64,000 nt of DNA from Octopus sinensis (GCF_006345805.1 NC_042998.1:129642001-129706000), one strand, 5' to 3'. Counted from the first letter of the stretch, positions 39,226 to 52,715 are shown. Program-made: numbers and translations. Notes: a model not told the origin generated them from the sequence alone.

Positions 39226-41524
39226 ATGCCCATTAAGCAGTACCTAGATTTACTCGGTAAAGAGATCAAGAAAAATTATAGAAAAACCAATTGGAGTACC
39301 CTGAGGAAGGTAAACTTGGAAATTAAGGATATAATATTTAAACACCGAATTCAAATGAGAACTCAGCCGCTTAGCCCCAAGCAACCCAGATTTATAGTGA
39401 AGGACCATAAACCTAACTTCCACACCAACCCAGCGCTAAGACTCATATGCCCTGCTAGATCTGATATCGGGATAATCAGTAAGTACATTTTAGATAAATA
39501 TATCCCTAGTTTAGTAAACAAGCTGAAGCTCAGCCTCTGGGCCAACTCCTCGCAGGTAGTGAAGTGGTTCTCTTCCATCCCCAATAAGAACCGTACTAGG
39601 TTCATTCAGTTTGATATCGCCAGCTTCTACCCCTCGATTAACCCTAGTGTGCTAAATAAGGCCCTCTGGCATGCTCACAACAAGGCTGGCCTCACCAGAG
39701 AAGAGATAGATATCATTTTAGTTGCCAGGAAATCGTTTATTAAGTTTGATAATAAGTTGTGGATCCGTAAAGATACTCCCAATGAATTTGATGTGCCTAT
39801 GGGTAGTTCGGATAGTGCGCAGATATAGCCGATTTGGTCGGAATATATATTCTCTACGAATTGTCCGACCAATTCCGGAGATCGCGGGCGGCCTGTATCG
39901 TGACGATTGTTGTGTTTTTACCTGCAAAACACCACGAACAGAATAGTGCAGAAAACTAAGAGCAGGTTAGCTAGGTTTTTTTATAGAATGGGCATGAGTA
40001 TAGTTTTTGATAATGAACTCACCAAGGCTAATTTCCTAGACGTTACACTTAACCTTAATAGCGACTCATACTGCCCTTACCATAAGTCTTCCACTAATTT
40101 GAAGTATGTCAGTGTCTTCTCAAATCATGCCAAAACCGTAACAGACAATTTGTTAAAACATCTCTCTAAGATTGTCTGGCTTGTCCGCCAGTGCCGATAT
40201 TTTTATGCAGAAAGCGGAATTTTATAACGCCGCACTATCCAAGGCCGGTTATAGGCAGAAGGTAATTTATATTGATCCGGCCCTTCCGATGCCATCATTC
40301 GGTCATCAGGATAGGGCCGTATATAATAACATTAACATTTTAAGTAAGGACGGGAGCGCGGCGGATGCCGGGGTAGTCGCTCCCGCATTTAATTTAGCGA
40401 ACAAGGATAATTATCGGTCCGGGAGGTCTTACACTAACCCAAGACCCGTTATTCATCCGAGAATCACCCACCCGAATGCGAGAGCTGGCGTCCCGACCCA
40501 TCACACTGATAGGAATAAGCATATATGGTTTGTAATCCCCTTGGGTAAGCAGATTAGAACTAACCTCCCCCTCATGTTTAACAAGCCATCGCCAATAACT
40601 TCCCCAGAATTCCAAATATTACTCCACGGTTAACTCACATAAAGTTAGGATAGCTTTCTCCAACACTAAAAACCTCGCCCAGATAATCGCCTCCCATAAT
40701 AATAGGCTACTTACTAAGACCCTATCACCTTTTTCCGAGGCACAGCCTCTTCCGCTCCCGGTTTAATGCTCAGTAGGAATAATTATAGTAGTAATAATGA
40801 GATGAGAGCCAGTACAGTGACACATAATCTCAGCTCCAGCCAGGGAGTACCCACTAGGGGTATAGTTATAAATAGGGGTGTCGTGGTTGACGGTAATAAT
40901 GGGAGTAGGGTAGAGAGCCCCATTAGCATCCCCAGCATCATTTCCCGCAATAGCAGTACCACGGGCAGTAGCAATGACAGCACTCTGATAGATAGTGGAG
41001 AATCAGGGGTTATTCCTATAGTTAATAGTGACGTAGTGGAAAATAGAGTAGTAAGCGGCTGCAGGTCTCGGAACGAATATAGTGACAGGAACGCAGTTCT
41101 AATTTCAGAAACTAATCCTAGCAGATTAAGATTCACGTCGGCGAACTCCAAGATCAAAAACGCCGTCTACCAATGCAAGGTTTACACGGACTCAGATGCC
41201 TTCACTTATGTAGGGGCATCATCCTCAAGATTGTCTTTGCGTGTCTCCAACCATTACGCAACTTTTCGGGACGTGAACAAGCGCCAGACCACGGGACTCA
41301 GTAAGCTAATATGGCGACTGAAGGATGCGAACTTAAGCTATAGGCTGGAATGGTCAATTTTGTCGGTGGCCCTCCCATTTGATAGGGGCAGAAGACAGTG
41401 CAACCTTTGTGTCTCCGAACTCTTCCATATTTTGTTTGCCAGAGGCCGGATGGTAAACGGGCTCTTACAGTCGGCTTTTCGATGCCCCCATTGGCGGCGT
41501 TACACTTACCTGGCCTTTAAATAG
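39226..41524 (+). pseudogene. PLE RT-GIY-YIG polyprotein, right arm, frameshifted
   Basis: KDHKPNF..NP..RLICP; FIQFDIASFYPSI (RT motif A); MGS (motif B); YRDD (motif C); FLDVTL; GIY-YIG in ORF 40766-41524. Confidence 0.92.
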
Positions 41525-42122
41525 CGTTTATAAATAGTACCGGCACCCATAGCCCTTGGTAACAAATTCTGAAATAGCCTTTAAGATATCTACGATTAAC
41601 CACTGCAAGGGGAATTACTCCTGTAAGACAAACGGGGCTTGGTTTTCTCACAGCGGGGGTTTCCTTGACAAGGCAGGCTCAGATGAACACACACACACAT
41701 AAAACATAATATATATATATTTTTTATTTTTTCTTTCTGCCACCCAACGGTTATCACGGCAGTAGCCACTGACAGCCGAACGATCAAACGCACACACGTA
41801 CACAAAATGTGTTTCTACCCCTACGCCAACACACACATATATAGAACAGTATACACACACACACGTCTCTAAGTAGATTTTTTCTCGCCCCTTATAAAAC
41901 ATCCAATATTCCTTAAATAGTCAGAACTTTATTCTCGGTCACAAAGAACATCTATACACCCTCACCCACATGATTGACCGATGCCTGACCCGTTGAATTC
42001 TTCAGCCACCGGTTCTCAACATACACTGATAAACAGTTTCGCCATGGGCTCTTAGGAGCACAGTTCGATTTGTTTTTTGCTCCGCCTCTGTTCTGTTTTT
42101 GTGTTTCCAACGGATTTCCTTT

Positions 42123-42211
42123 TTTCTTCCTGATGAGAAAGACACAATATGGTCCCATTATTCAATCGGATTTTGGTAATTTGTGCCTTTCGAAACACGT
42201 GTAGAATGAAA
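42123..42211 (+). ncRNA. Type I hammerhead ribozyme (right arm)
   Basis: Stem I ttc/gaa, extended past a bulge; CTGATGA 42130-42136; stem II gaaag/ctttc extended by cacaa/ttgtg; GAAA 42192-42195; palindromic stem III acacgtgt; GUA 42201-42203. Confidence 0.88.
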
Positions 42212-42557
42212 TAAAACGATTTCTGTTCAATCTGCGTTCAGCTCCATTTCTTCAATTCACCAATAATGTTTTAATTTCAATTATCCGCACCAACGCACGG
42301 TTGCAACGCCAGATGGTTGTACCTCCAACCGTGCTGTTTACTGCTGTGATTTTTGCTACTAAGGTATCGGTTAAACTTTTGATTAATCTACTACAAGATT
42401 ATTCATCTTTCTATTTCACATTATATATATATATATATGCATGTATATATACATATAGATGTAAGTATGTACATATATGTATATTTGCATATGTTTTATT
42501 TATTTATTATATTGTTATTATATATATATATATATTATCTATCTATCTGTCTGTCTG

Positions 42558-42636
<79 letters not shown>

Positions 42637-43684
42637 TGTATGTATGCACATTACCACGGGAGGTATGATTTCTCTTTAGAATAACTCGTTTAATTCTTAA
42701 ATCTCTAAATCTCTACAACATTAAAAAAATGCAGGCGCTCCTCTTCTGGCCACATCGATGACTGTGTGGTGTTGCTTGATGTACCATTCTGCAAATTACC
42801 GAAACAAAAGCGTTTGAATTAACTTGCAGCGAATCAATGACTAAAGGGTTTTGTCCGCTAGCTCTCGCACGCACATATTCCTTGCACTGCTCTTGTATTT
42901 CTCTCGGTAATGTAAGTCAAGGAAGTTACAAGTAATTTTGAGAGCCAATCAAGAAGCAAAATAGAATATTTACTACAACACGTAAGTAATTATAGAAAAT
43001 GTGGTGATAATAGTACAAGACATTCAAATATAAGCGCTAACATTATTATCACCAACAAACATTTAATGCTGCTCAAGAGGAAGAAAACAGCAAGTGTGAC
43101 TTTCATGACTTCGTACGTTTTCAGGTGCATCAACGGAGAAACTAGAATGACTTGATTTCAAACCGAGATTGAAACGCTTAGTCGAGAGGACGCCTCTAAC
43201 GTTACAGAAGACGCTATTCAAATTACACCTATTGCAAAAATAAACGTGGAAATGTGTGCAATCAAATCTATCAGACAGTTGTTCAGAAAATTTTGACGAA
43301 AAAAAAATCAAAAACAAAAGAGAAAAAATAAAGAAAAAAATAAAGCATAATAAAATAAAATGAAAAGAAAAAACCATTTTAGAAATCACTGTCATTGCAG
43401 CAATCTTTAACAGTTAACTGTGACGTTTCTGTATAAAAAGGAAATCACACATACTTTGTTTTTTTTCTTTACGACTTTCAAGAATTTATTCACAGTTTTA
43501 TTAGATTGATAACATTTTTTCTCTTTATTTTTATGAGGCAGGTATGAGAATTCAAATGAAACACACACAGGAAAAGAAAAAGAAAACAGAAAAGAAAGCG
43601 ATTGGAAATAGACTCAAGAAGATGACAAGAGAAATTTAAATATACCTATGTGTGAGTATATATATATATGTGTGCGTGTGCAAG

Positions 43685-43747
<63 letters not shown>

Positions 43748-44180
43748 TGTGTGTATAAAAGAAACAAAAACGTGTACGTAGAATCAACAAAGTAAAATAA
43801 TTCGCAAAAAATGATTTCAATTCAACAGCTGGAGATTGAATACAGGCCAATCGCTAATATATTTTATTTATTTATACAAAATTGTTTTCTTTATATTTAT
43901 TTTCTGTGTAAATTATTTTTTCTTCAACACCGCAAGGCAACACCGTATTGAAGTTTAGAAATCCTCAGGTGTGTGGTTTATGGAGTCTCTTTCTCTTTGC
44001 ATACACACTACACACGTTCCACACATAATACATACATATCACTTTTTTCATCTTAGTTGTGCAGGGTTGTTTTTCAAAAACATTTTGGAATTGGGTTATT
44101 ACTGGGAGCTATTGTATCATGTGTGGAGGAAAGGAAAGTTATACATACATCTATACATACATACATACATGCATATATAT

Positions 44181-44286
<106 letters not shown>

Positions 44287-44480
44287 TTTATTGCTGTACT
44301 CGTCAACGAATTTAGGTATAGACATACATACATATATACATATAGGCTCGCTCTCTCTCACACACACATACATATGCATATATGTGTGTGTGCGTATGCG
44401 TATGCGTATGCGTGTGAGTGTGTGCGTGTGTAGTTTTTATAGGTGCACTTGTCAACGAATTTAGCTATATACATACCACA

Positions 44481-44540
<60 letters not shown>

Positions 44541-44929
44541 CATATATATATGTGTATATATATATATACATATATATTTATATAATATATATATGTATAA
44601 CGATAGAGAGAGAAGAAGAGAGAGATGTGTGCGTGGATTGATGTATGTATGAAAGCGCCGTATGATCATACATGTAAATGTATCGTTAGGGCTCATAATG
44701 TTGTCGATTAAATCTAATTACAGTCGAACATTTCCTCAGAAAATAAAATAGCAAGTCAGTTCATATTTGTCACATGGTGATCCATCGTCAAAAAGACACA
44801 TATGCAGGGGACATTTGCACAAGTGACCAACATTTTTTAGCATGCACGTACTGGCAAAAATAATTACATATCACTCATGCACATATAAATATAGGTGTAT
44901 ATTATGTCTATTTCTATACACCCCACAAA

Positions 44930-45040
<111 letters not shown>

Positions 45041-45480
45041 TTTATCTTGTATGTAGGTATGTATTTGTGGGCACCGGACGTTACGAAATGTGTACAACAA
45101 AAAATACGAGTACATGGAATATGAACTATTTTTTCGATCAACGAAAAACACAAATGGAAAACAAGACAGACAACATAAAAAACAACAATATACGCTTTCG
45201 ATAAAAACAGTTGTTCCCACAAAGCAAATTAATCAAACTTTCGGATTTTGCGGAAAATCAAAACTGGTAACACAAACAGGATAGTGAAAAAAAAAATAGG
45301 AAGGGCTGCTAAGCCTAAACGAGGTTGTGTAAATCAAGATTGGACAGAAGACAGACAAGAACACATCTTACTTATGTATATGCATGTATATATATATATA
45401 TCTATATCTACATATATAATATATATATATATATATGTGTGTGTGTATGTGAGTGTGGGTTTGTATATATGTATATATAT

Positions 45481-45566
<86 letters not shown>

Positions 45567-45584
45567 CATATATATATATATGTA

Positions 45585-45623
<39 letters not shown>

Positions 45624-45939
45624 CCATATACATAATATAATAAGGGGTTACAAAAATTGTTATAGCCTATATGCTGAGAAATAGACGCTATATCGTCTCA
45701 CCACTAAATAAGTCACATGCGAAAGATTACAATATATATACATGTTACGCACGCATGTGTTTGTGCCTTTTTTAAGTGATGAGACGATTTAGCGTCTACT
45801 TTGCAGCAAAGAATAATTTTTTTTAACATTATAATTATATAACTAATTCCACATTGATCGGTCTTGTTTTTAGACGCTGGCCACTGAGATGGGTTTTTTA
45901 AAAATTTTACCCTCTATTATATATATACATATACATAGT

Positions 45940-48042
45940 GGTATCGCACGTTCGACGCACGATATAATGGGATAATAATGATGTCCTCGCAAATCTTCTG
46001 CTAAAGAAAGAAAACCCTTGACAATATGCAACTTTTGACTATACACTACTCTGAAGGCTCTCTGCATATGTCGATTTATATTCTCTTGGTGAGAAACTGG
46101 CATACCTCTTTCTCTTGGCGTTAATTTCTATAATTTCAGTAGGTTTTCTTTTCCTGTTCGACCTACGTGTCTGTTCTGCTATCAGTTGTGTTCCTGGGAC
46201 CTCGAATATGTCATACCATATATCCATTGGCTCGTCTCGCCTTTCTTGATTTTTGGTGTATCTTTCCTTTAATTGGTTAAAATGCCTTCTATATTCATAT
46301 CTTGGTCCTTTTATCGTGTACATCACATTGCCCTGACGTCCGGTTAGTTTATCTTGTTCCCAGTCCTGTTTTCCGTTTTTATATATTTTAAAATATACTT
46401 CACCACCTGTGTTAACACATTTCGTTCTACTTCCCGAATTTTCTATTCTCCGTTTCCTGCTCGGCAACAATTTGCCAAACACAGAACGAATCTTTCTGGA
46501 AAACCTCAAATCTGCGGGTGACCTACCCGACTCTGCATTTGGATTCGGTATTAGTCTGTAAACCAGTAAGAACTTTGTCATATTTCTATCTTCAAAGGCT
46601 TCGCGTCTGGTCTTTCTTAAGACTCTCTTAAATATGTCGACGAATCTTTCCGCTAACCCATTCGACCTATGATGATATGGCAGAGTTAAAACAAGTTTCA
46701 TCTGGACCAACTTATGGAATCTTTCGAACTCCTTCACCGTGAATTATGTGCCGTTATCTGACACGATCATATCTGGTACTCCATAATGGGCGAGCAATTC
46801 TTCCAAGAAGTCAATAGTCACATTTGTGGTTGACCTTGAGCATTTACATACTTCAGGCCATTTCTAATAGGTATCCACCACATGCAGTCTAGACAATACT
46901 GAATTCGTTTTTGGCCACGGCTGTATCTGCACTGGGGAGGTAGGGGGGGCGTATTTGCTGCCATAGCGCATCCCCTACATTGTTTTACCAATCTCTCAAT
47001 TTGCTTGTCCTTATTCGGCCAATATATGTAACTCCTCATGAGACTTTTCATCCGGGCAATGCCCGGATATCCTGCATGGAATTCTTTCAATATTCTGATT
47101 TGCAGTGCTTTACGTATTACCACCCTTTGTGCATATAATAATACATCATCGCATACTGAATTATGCTTTCGACCTGCGTTCCGCTCATTTATATTATTTT
47201 TTGTATTACCTTCTAACAGTGCTTTTTAAAATCTTGTTTATGAACATATATTTTTCCGATTTCGATTTCTTCTAGCGTTACCAGCAAATCACGTACTACA
47301 TTGCAGAAAATGCTCTTCAGTTCCATTTCTAGTTTTAACGATACAATCACCGTGTCTTCAAAAGGTTCCTTATATTTTGGAATTAGCCTAGACAAACTGC
47401 CTGCGTGTCCCATTTTCTTTAATGACAAAATTTCCAACTGAAAATCATAGCTCAACAGGGTAATCCCCCAGCCGTGTAAGCAGTTTGCTGAGTGAGTGGC
47501 GATACCCTTTTTCGAACCGAAAATAAACATTAACGATCAGTGATCAGTTTGCTTTGTAAACATCCTACCGTGTAGGAATTCATGGGATTTCTGTACTGCG
47601 AAGATTAATGGTAAGGCCTCCTTTTCGATCTGGCTGTAATTTTTTTTCTGCTACTAGAACTCTTGATGCATGTGCAATAGCTTTGACTTTACCATCATTA
47701 ATTTTATGCAATATCACCGCCCTGATACCAAATTCACTGGCAATCCGATGCCACAGATATTTTCAGGTTCGGGTCGAAATGAGTTAATGATACCGCTAAT
47801 GTAAACCTCTATTTTAATTCCTAGAATGTTTCTCACATTCGTTTGTCCAGTCCCATTTTATGCCTATTCGAAACCTCGTCGGCACTGCTGTATCGCACGT
47901 TCGACGTACGATATAACGGGAAAATAATAATAATGATGTCCTCACAAATCGTTCTAATCAAGATACTGGTAATGCCCCTCGACAATACGCAACCCTCGGC
48001 TTGGCACTGCTCTGAAGGCTCTCTACGTATGTCTATTCATAT
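45940..48042 (-). mobile_element. Internally deleted Ty3/Gypsy LTR retrotransposon (RNase H and integrase retained)
   Basis: Diverged ~145-bp LTRs at 45940-46082 and 47889-48042. PBS-like tgccgacgagg right after the 5' LTR. RNase H AHASR...NYSQIEKEAL...TDH; integrase HAGYPGIARMKSLMRSY.YWP, SNGLAERFV and FLLVYR..P. Confidence 0.9.
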
Positions 48043-48123
48043 TGTAGCGCATTCCATTAGTAGCCAACCAATAGGGGCGCTCTACTACCACACAAAACAC
48101 ACATGTATATATATATTTATATA

Positions 48124-48537
48124 GGCGCAGGAGTGGCTGTGTGGTAAGTAGCCTGTCTACCAACCACATGGTTCCGGGTTCAGTCCCACTGCGTGGCATC
48201 TTGGGCAAGTGTCTTCTGCTATAGCCTCGGGCCCACCAAAGCCTTGTGAGTGGATTTGGTAGACGGAAACTGAAAGAAGCCTGTCGTATATATGTATATA
48301 TATATATGTATATGTGTGTATATGTTTGTGTGTCTGTGTTTGTCCTCCCTAGCATTGCTTGACAACCGATGCTGGCGTGTTTACGTCTCCGTCACTTAGC
48401 GGTTCGGCAAAAGAGACCGATAGAATAAGTACTGGGCTTACAAAGAATAAGTCCCGGGGTTGATTTGCTCGGCTAAAGGCGGTGCTCCAGCATGGCCGCA
48501 GTCAAATGACTGAAACAAGTAAAAGAGAGTAAAAAGA

Positions 48538-48538
<1 letters not shown>
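48124..48538 (+). mobile_element. Full-length tRNA-derived SINE with an internal (TA/TG)n spacer
   Basis: ggcgcaggagtggctgtgtggtaag...ggttccgggttcagtccc head; ends actgaaacaagtaaaagagagt. Homologous copies at 25.0, 25.3, 51.4 and 58.5 kb. Confidence 0.9.
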
Positions 48539-48627
<89 letters not shown>

Positions 48628-49013
48628 TATATAAATATACATATATTTTATGTAAGTATGTATATATATGTGTGTGTGTGTGTGTGTGCGTGTATGTATA
48701 TATATAAATTTATGTGTGTATATGTATATATATGTCAAGAAAACAAAATAAAGCATTCTGTTTATAAAGGTATTTATAGTAATCAAACTGAGTGGGTAAA
48801 GAATATTGTCTACCTACACTTAAATCTTTTTAAAACTTTGGCTATACATACATAAATACATACATACATATATACAAATCTATGTATAAGTGTGTGCGTG
48901 CGTGTGCGTGTGTGTGTTGAGTGTGTGTACGTGTTTTTGTGAATTGTATATAAACTACGAAACATTACAATATATGTGCATGTCACACAGACACAGACAC
49001 ACACACACCCACA

Positions 49014-49051
<38 letters not shown>

Positions 49052-49358
49052 TTTCTGAGCAATTCTGGGAAACCACATAAATACATGGCACTTTCATCAG
49101 TGAAAGTCTGGAAGCGGACGTAAGCTATAACAAGTCAAATTATGCGCAAGAAATAATAAAAGAAAACTAAACATCTGTTTCCAATCTAAGTAAATAAATA
49201 TGAAAAGATTCTTTATAAAGTAAACTCAAATTTCAAAATTAAAGATTTAAAAATGCAATATATATATATATATATATATATACATACATGCATATATACA
49301 TATACATTACACACACACACACATACATATATATATGTATATATATATATATATATAT

Positions 49359-49408
<50 letters not shown>

Positions 49409-49599
49409 ATATATATATATATATATGTATGTATATATATACTTAAACGTTTTTTGCACACATCCCTTTATATTGCCAGAATATTTGTAGGAAAATTTTC
49501 TTAAGATATTATATATATATATATATATAATATATATATATATTATATATATATGTATGTATATATATATTTGTGTGTGTATGTATATATGTATGTATA

Positions 49600-50090
49600 T
49601 GTGAGGTGTATACCACCGGTTACTCTTCAAGCCAATGATATCTTGATTAAATTATTCGAAAATCATTTCCCTAAATTTAGCCCCCTTAGATAAATATTTT
49701 ATCCCCAATCTATAAAATCCACTCACAAGTCCATTCAGAACACTATCTATGCAGCTGTAGAAGCCCAACTTCCTATCCTTTACATAACAATTGTCTCACA
49801 AAAACATAGTTTATAAGTTCACACTATCACCTGCCAACTGTAACAACATTTATATCGGCTCATGTAGTACCGCCTTGAAAGCAAGATTGAACAACCACTA
49901 CTCTAGCTTCAAGTCCCAAACAAAATCTCACAGTATATCGTCATCTGAAATTAGCAGTAAACTAACGCTTGATTCAACTCCTTACCCGCTCATGTGGTCC
50001 ATAGTCATCCACGCCAAGCTTTATAGCAGCTATAATAAAAAGTGTGATCTATGCATACCTGAGGTCTTGGCTATCCACGGATTGTCATAA
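49600..50090 (+). mobile_element. PLE relic (linker and GIY-YIG)
   Basis: CIPP...[15 protein letters not shown]; IVYKF...IYIGSCST.LKARLNNHYSSF...WSIV...KKCDLC. Confidence 0.8.
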
Positions 50091-50699
50091 TGAACGCAGC
50101 AGTATAATATTCACCTGCAAACCTCAGTCACTAAACCTATTGTCAAAATACAAATAATAACAACCCCACCCCGCTCTTTCCTTCCTAACCTTCAAAAATT
50201 TTCCTTCTTATTCACCCTCTCTACCACCATATATTAAACCAAAAATATAACCCCTCTTTAATTTCTTCGTTGTGAATTACATACTTCTCTCCATATTTTC
50301 CTTACCTTCTAACAAATGTTATCTTTCTCTATATTTCAACTGCCTCCCCCTCCTACTCCACCATCCGTAAACTTACAAGTACATACCACAACACGCACTT
50401 CCACCACTTCATATTGTAAACACACTGACCACACACTATATACATTCCGCTACTGGAAAAACTTACAGTAGCCGCCATATTTCTTCCCTTCTCTTTCTTA
50501 CTTTCTTAATGCATATATATTTTCTTTCACCCACTTGATAAAAAACATTTCCCCATCGTCCAATATATATATATATATATATTCTAATACCATTCCCCTG
50601 CTAATTTTTGTGATTCGGCTAAAAAAGCCCTTTGAATGCCAACAGTCAACTAACAATACTAAAATTCCTTATTTCACTTTGACGTTCTAGATTATCTGC

Positions 50700-51130
50700 C
50701 AATGTTAATATCTTCAACGATAAAGCGGGAATTTTATAACTCTGTCTTACTTGAAGCAGGCTATAAAGAAAAAATTACTTATATTAACCCTATTGACATT
50801 AATTCTACCTCTGTTACTCAAGACATGAAATCAGGTTATAACGATAATAACAATACAAATTTTAGTTCGAATAACAACAGTAAGTCGAGCAATGTAATTC
50901 TGGAGCGTAAGGGAGATAACCGTTCTTTAAACCCTTTCTTCGTTCTAAAGGTACATCTAGGATTTTTTTTTAATAATTACCCTAATAACAAGGTATGTCC
51001 TAGCAAAACTCTTTGGTTGATAATTCCATATGGTAAGCAGATCAACTGCAACCTCCCATACCAGTTTCCTGAAGCTACAGTTAAGAATTTTCCCCAAAAT
51101 CCTTTCAGAAATCATCTCTTCACATAACAA
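50700..51130 (+). mobile_element. PLE relic (RT thumb and linker)
   Basis: EFYNSVLLEAGYKEKITYINP...LWLIIPYGKQINCNLP...NFP is homologous to EFYNAALSKAGYRQKVIYIDP...IWFVIPFGKQIRTNLP in the 36-42 kb element. Confidence 0.82.
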
Positions 51131-51386
51131 GCGGTGGGAGTCAAACACTGAAATAAAGACACATACATAAAGACATACATACATAAATACACACGCACAC
51201 GCTCACATACACACATATAGTTCAAATTTATAGAAAAATAAAACGAAAATATGTGTAAGAACAACAAGCAAGTGTATTAGTTTCACACTCGGGAAAAAAT
51301 GGAAATGTATTTTATGTTTCGAGCCTACGCTCTTCGACGGGAAGGAATAAAACGAAATAAATAAAAGATGAAGAAAAAACGTGTTA

Positions 51387-51540
51387 CGAGGGGCTTCTAT
51401 CAGTTTCCGTCTACCGAATCTAGTCACAGGGCTTTCGTCGGCCCGAGGCAACAGTAGAAGACACGCAAAGCGTCACGCAGTGAAACTGAACCCGGAACCA
51501 TGTGATTGGGAAACAAGCTTATTACAACACAGCGACGCGT
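51387..51540 (-). mobile_element. SINE 5' half (same family as 48124-48538)
   Basis: Reverse complement of ...catggttccgggttcagtttcactgcgtg...gtagacggaaactga. Confidence 0.8.
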
Positions 51541-52499
51541 ATACATATATATATGTGTGTGTGTGTGTGTGTGTTTGTGCGCGTTTGTGTGTGTTTGTGG
51601 TGTACGTATGTGTGCGCGCGCGCGTGTGTGTGGTCTTAGATGTTCTGTAATAGGAAAGGTTAATCGTAAGAACTAGTCTTCGTGATGGGTAAAAAGCGAA
51701 TAGCCTATGATAAAATTTGCGAGAACAGAGTCCACGTGGAAGCCGATGTCTCATGATTGGGTTAAATGTTGTTGATGTTCAAATGTTGTTGGCGTTCAAA
51801 TGAGCTTTTATTGTAGTTAAGATCATGTTCTTACAAAACGGTGGAAAATGTCTACGACGGAGCTACTGTATGTTCCTGGGATATCTTACACTAGAAATAC
51901 TGAACTTTATCGAATAATTATTACAGTTCATCCCACATCGCATTACTATAAAACCTTTGTCATGTAACTGGTATGATGTATACTATAAATTAGTTCTTTT
52001 ATTATATATGAATATTGTATGGAAACCATACGTGTGAGATAAGTATGTATGAATATATGTATGCATGTGCTTATCTTTCTGCTTCTGTCTGTCTGTCTGT
52101 CTGTCTGTCTCTTTCTCTCTTTCTATCTATCTATCTATCTGTTTATGTGTGTGCATGTGTGTGTTTAAAGGGTACTGCAGAAATTTAAACACTGGATTTA
52201 GAAATTTCGTTTTTACTTTGATCATCTATCTAACTAAAGTAATTCCTGCGACATCCCCTCAAATTTGCTGTTTGTTTCGATTGTCTTAAAGCAATCATTA
52301 ATTTTATATACACTAATCATTAGTATATATACGAAAGTAGATTGAATCTATCATATCTAGGTCAAATGTCGATCATATAAAATCTCAACAATATTGTGGT
52401 ATTTAAATATAGGTCCTGTAAAGGCATAAGAGTACCTTCTTATTCCTTTCGAAATAAATTAATGAGATTGCCATGCAAACGATATTTGATGACGAAAAG

Positions 52500-52545
52500 A
52501 CATAATAATAATAATAATGATGATGATGATGATGATGATAATAAC

Positions 52546-52591
<46 letters not shown>

Positions 52592-52681
52592 TAAGTGATG
52601 ATAGTAATGATGATTAAAATTACAGTTACAATAACACTACAAACTGTACTACCACTTAATAAAAATGGAAATGATGCGAAT

Positions 52682-52715
<34 letters not shown>

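Larger units (their letters stand above)
35943..42273. mobile_element. 6.3-kb foldback Penelope-like retroelement: two ~3.09-kb copies head-to-head, with 3' ends outward
   Basis: 35943-39032 is the reverse complement of 39185-42273, with a 152-bp spacer. Each arm encodes PLE RT and a C-terminal GIY-YIG and has an HHR in its 3' region. The left end abuts (TA)n. Confidence 0.95.

Noticed and set aside
35943-42273. A pure sequencing foldback artefact as the explanation for the large palindrome
   Set aside because: Not favoured, because the symmetry stops at the element terminus and smaller equivalents occur in other families. It is not excluded without reads, and the indel-rich differences may still be polishing errors.
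51310-51345. Minus-strand gtcgaagagcgtaggctcgaaac as a hammerhead
   Set aside because: The core lacks CTGA, and the hairpin would consume core bases.
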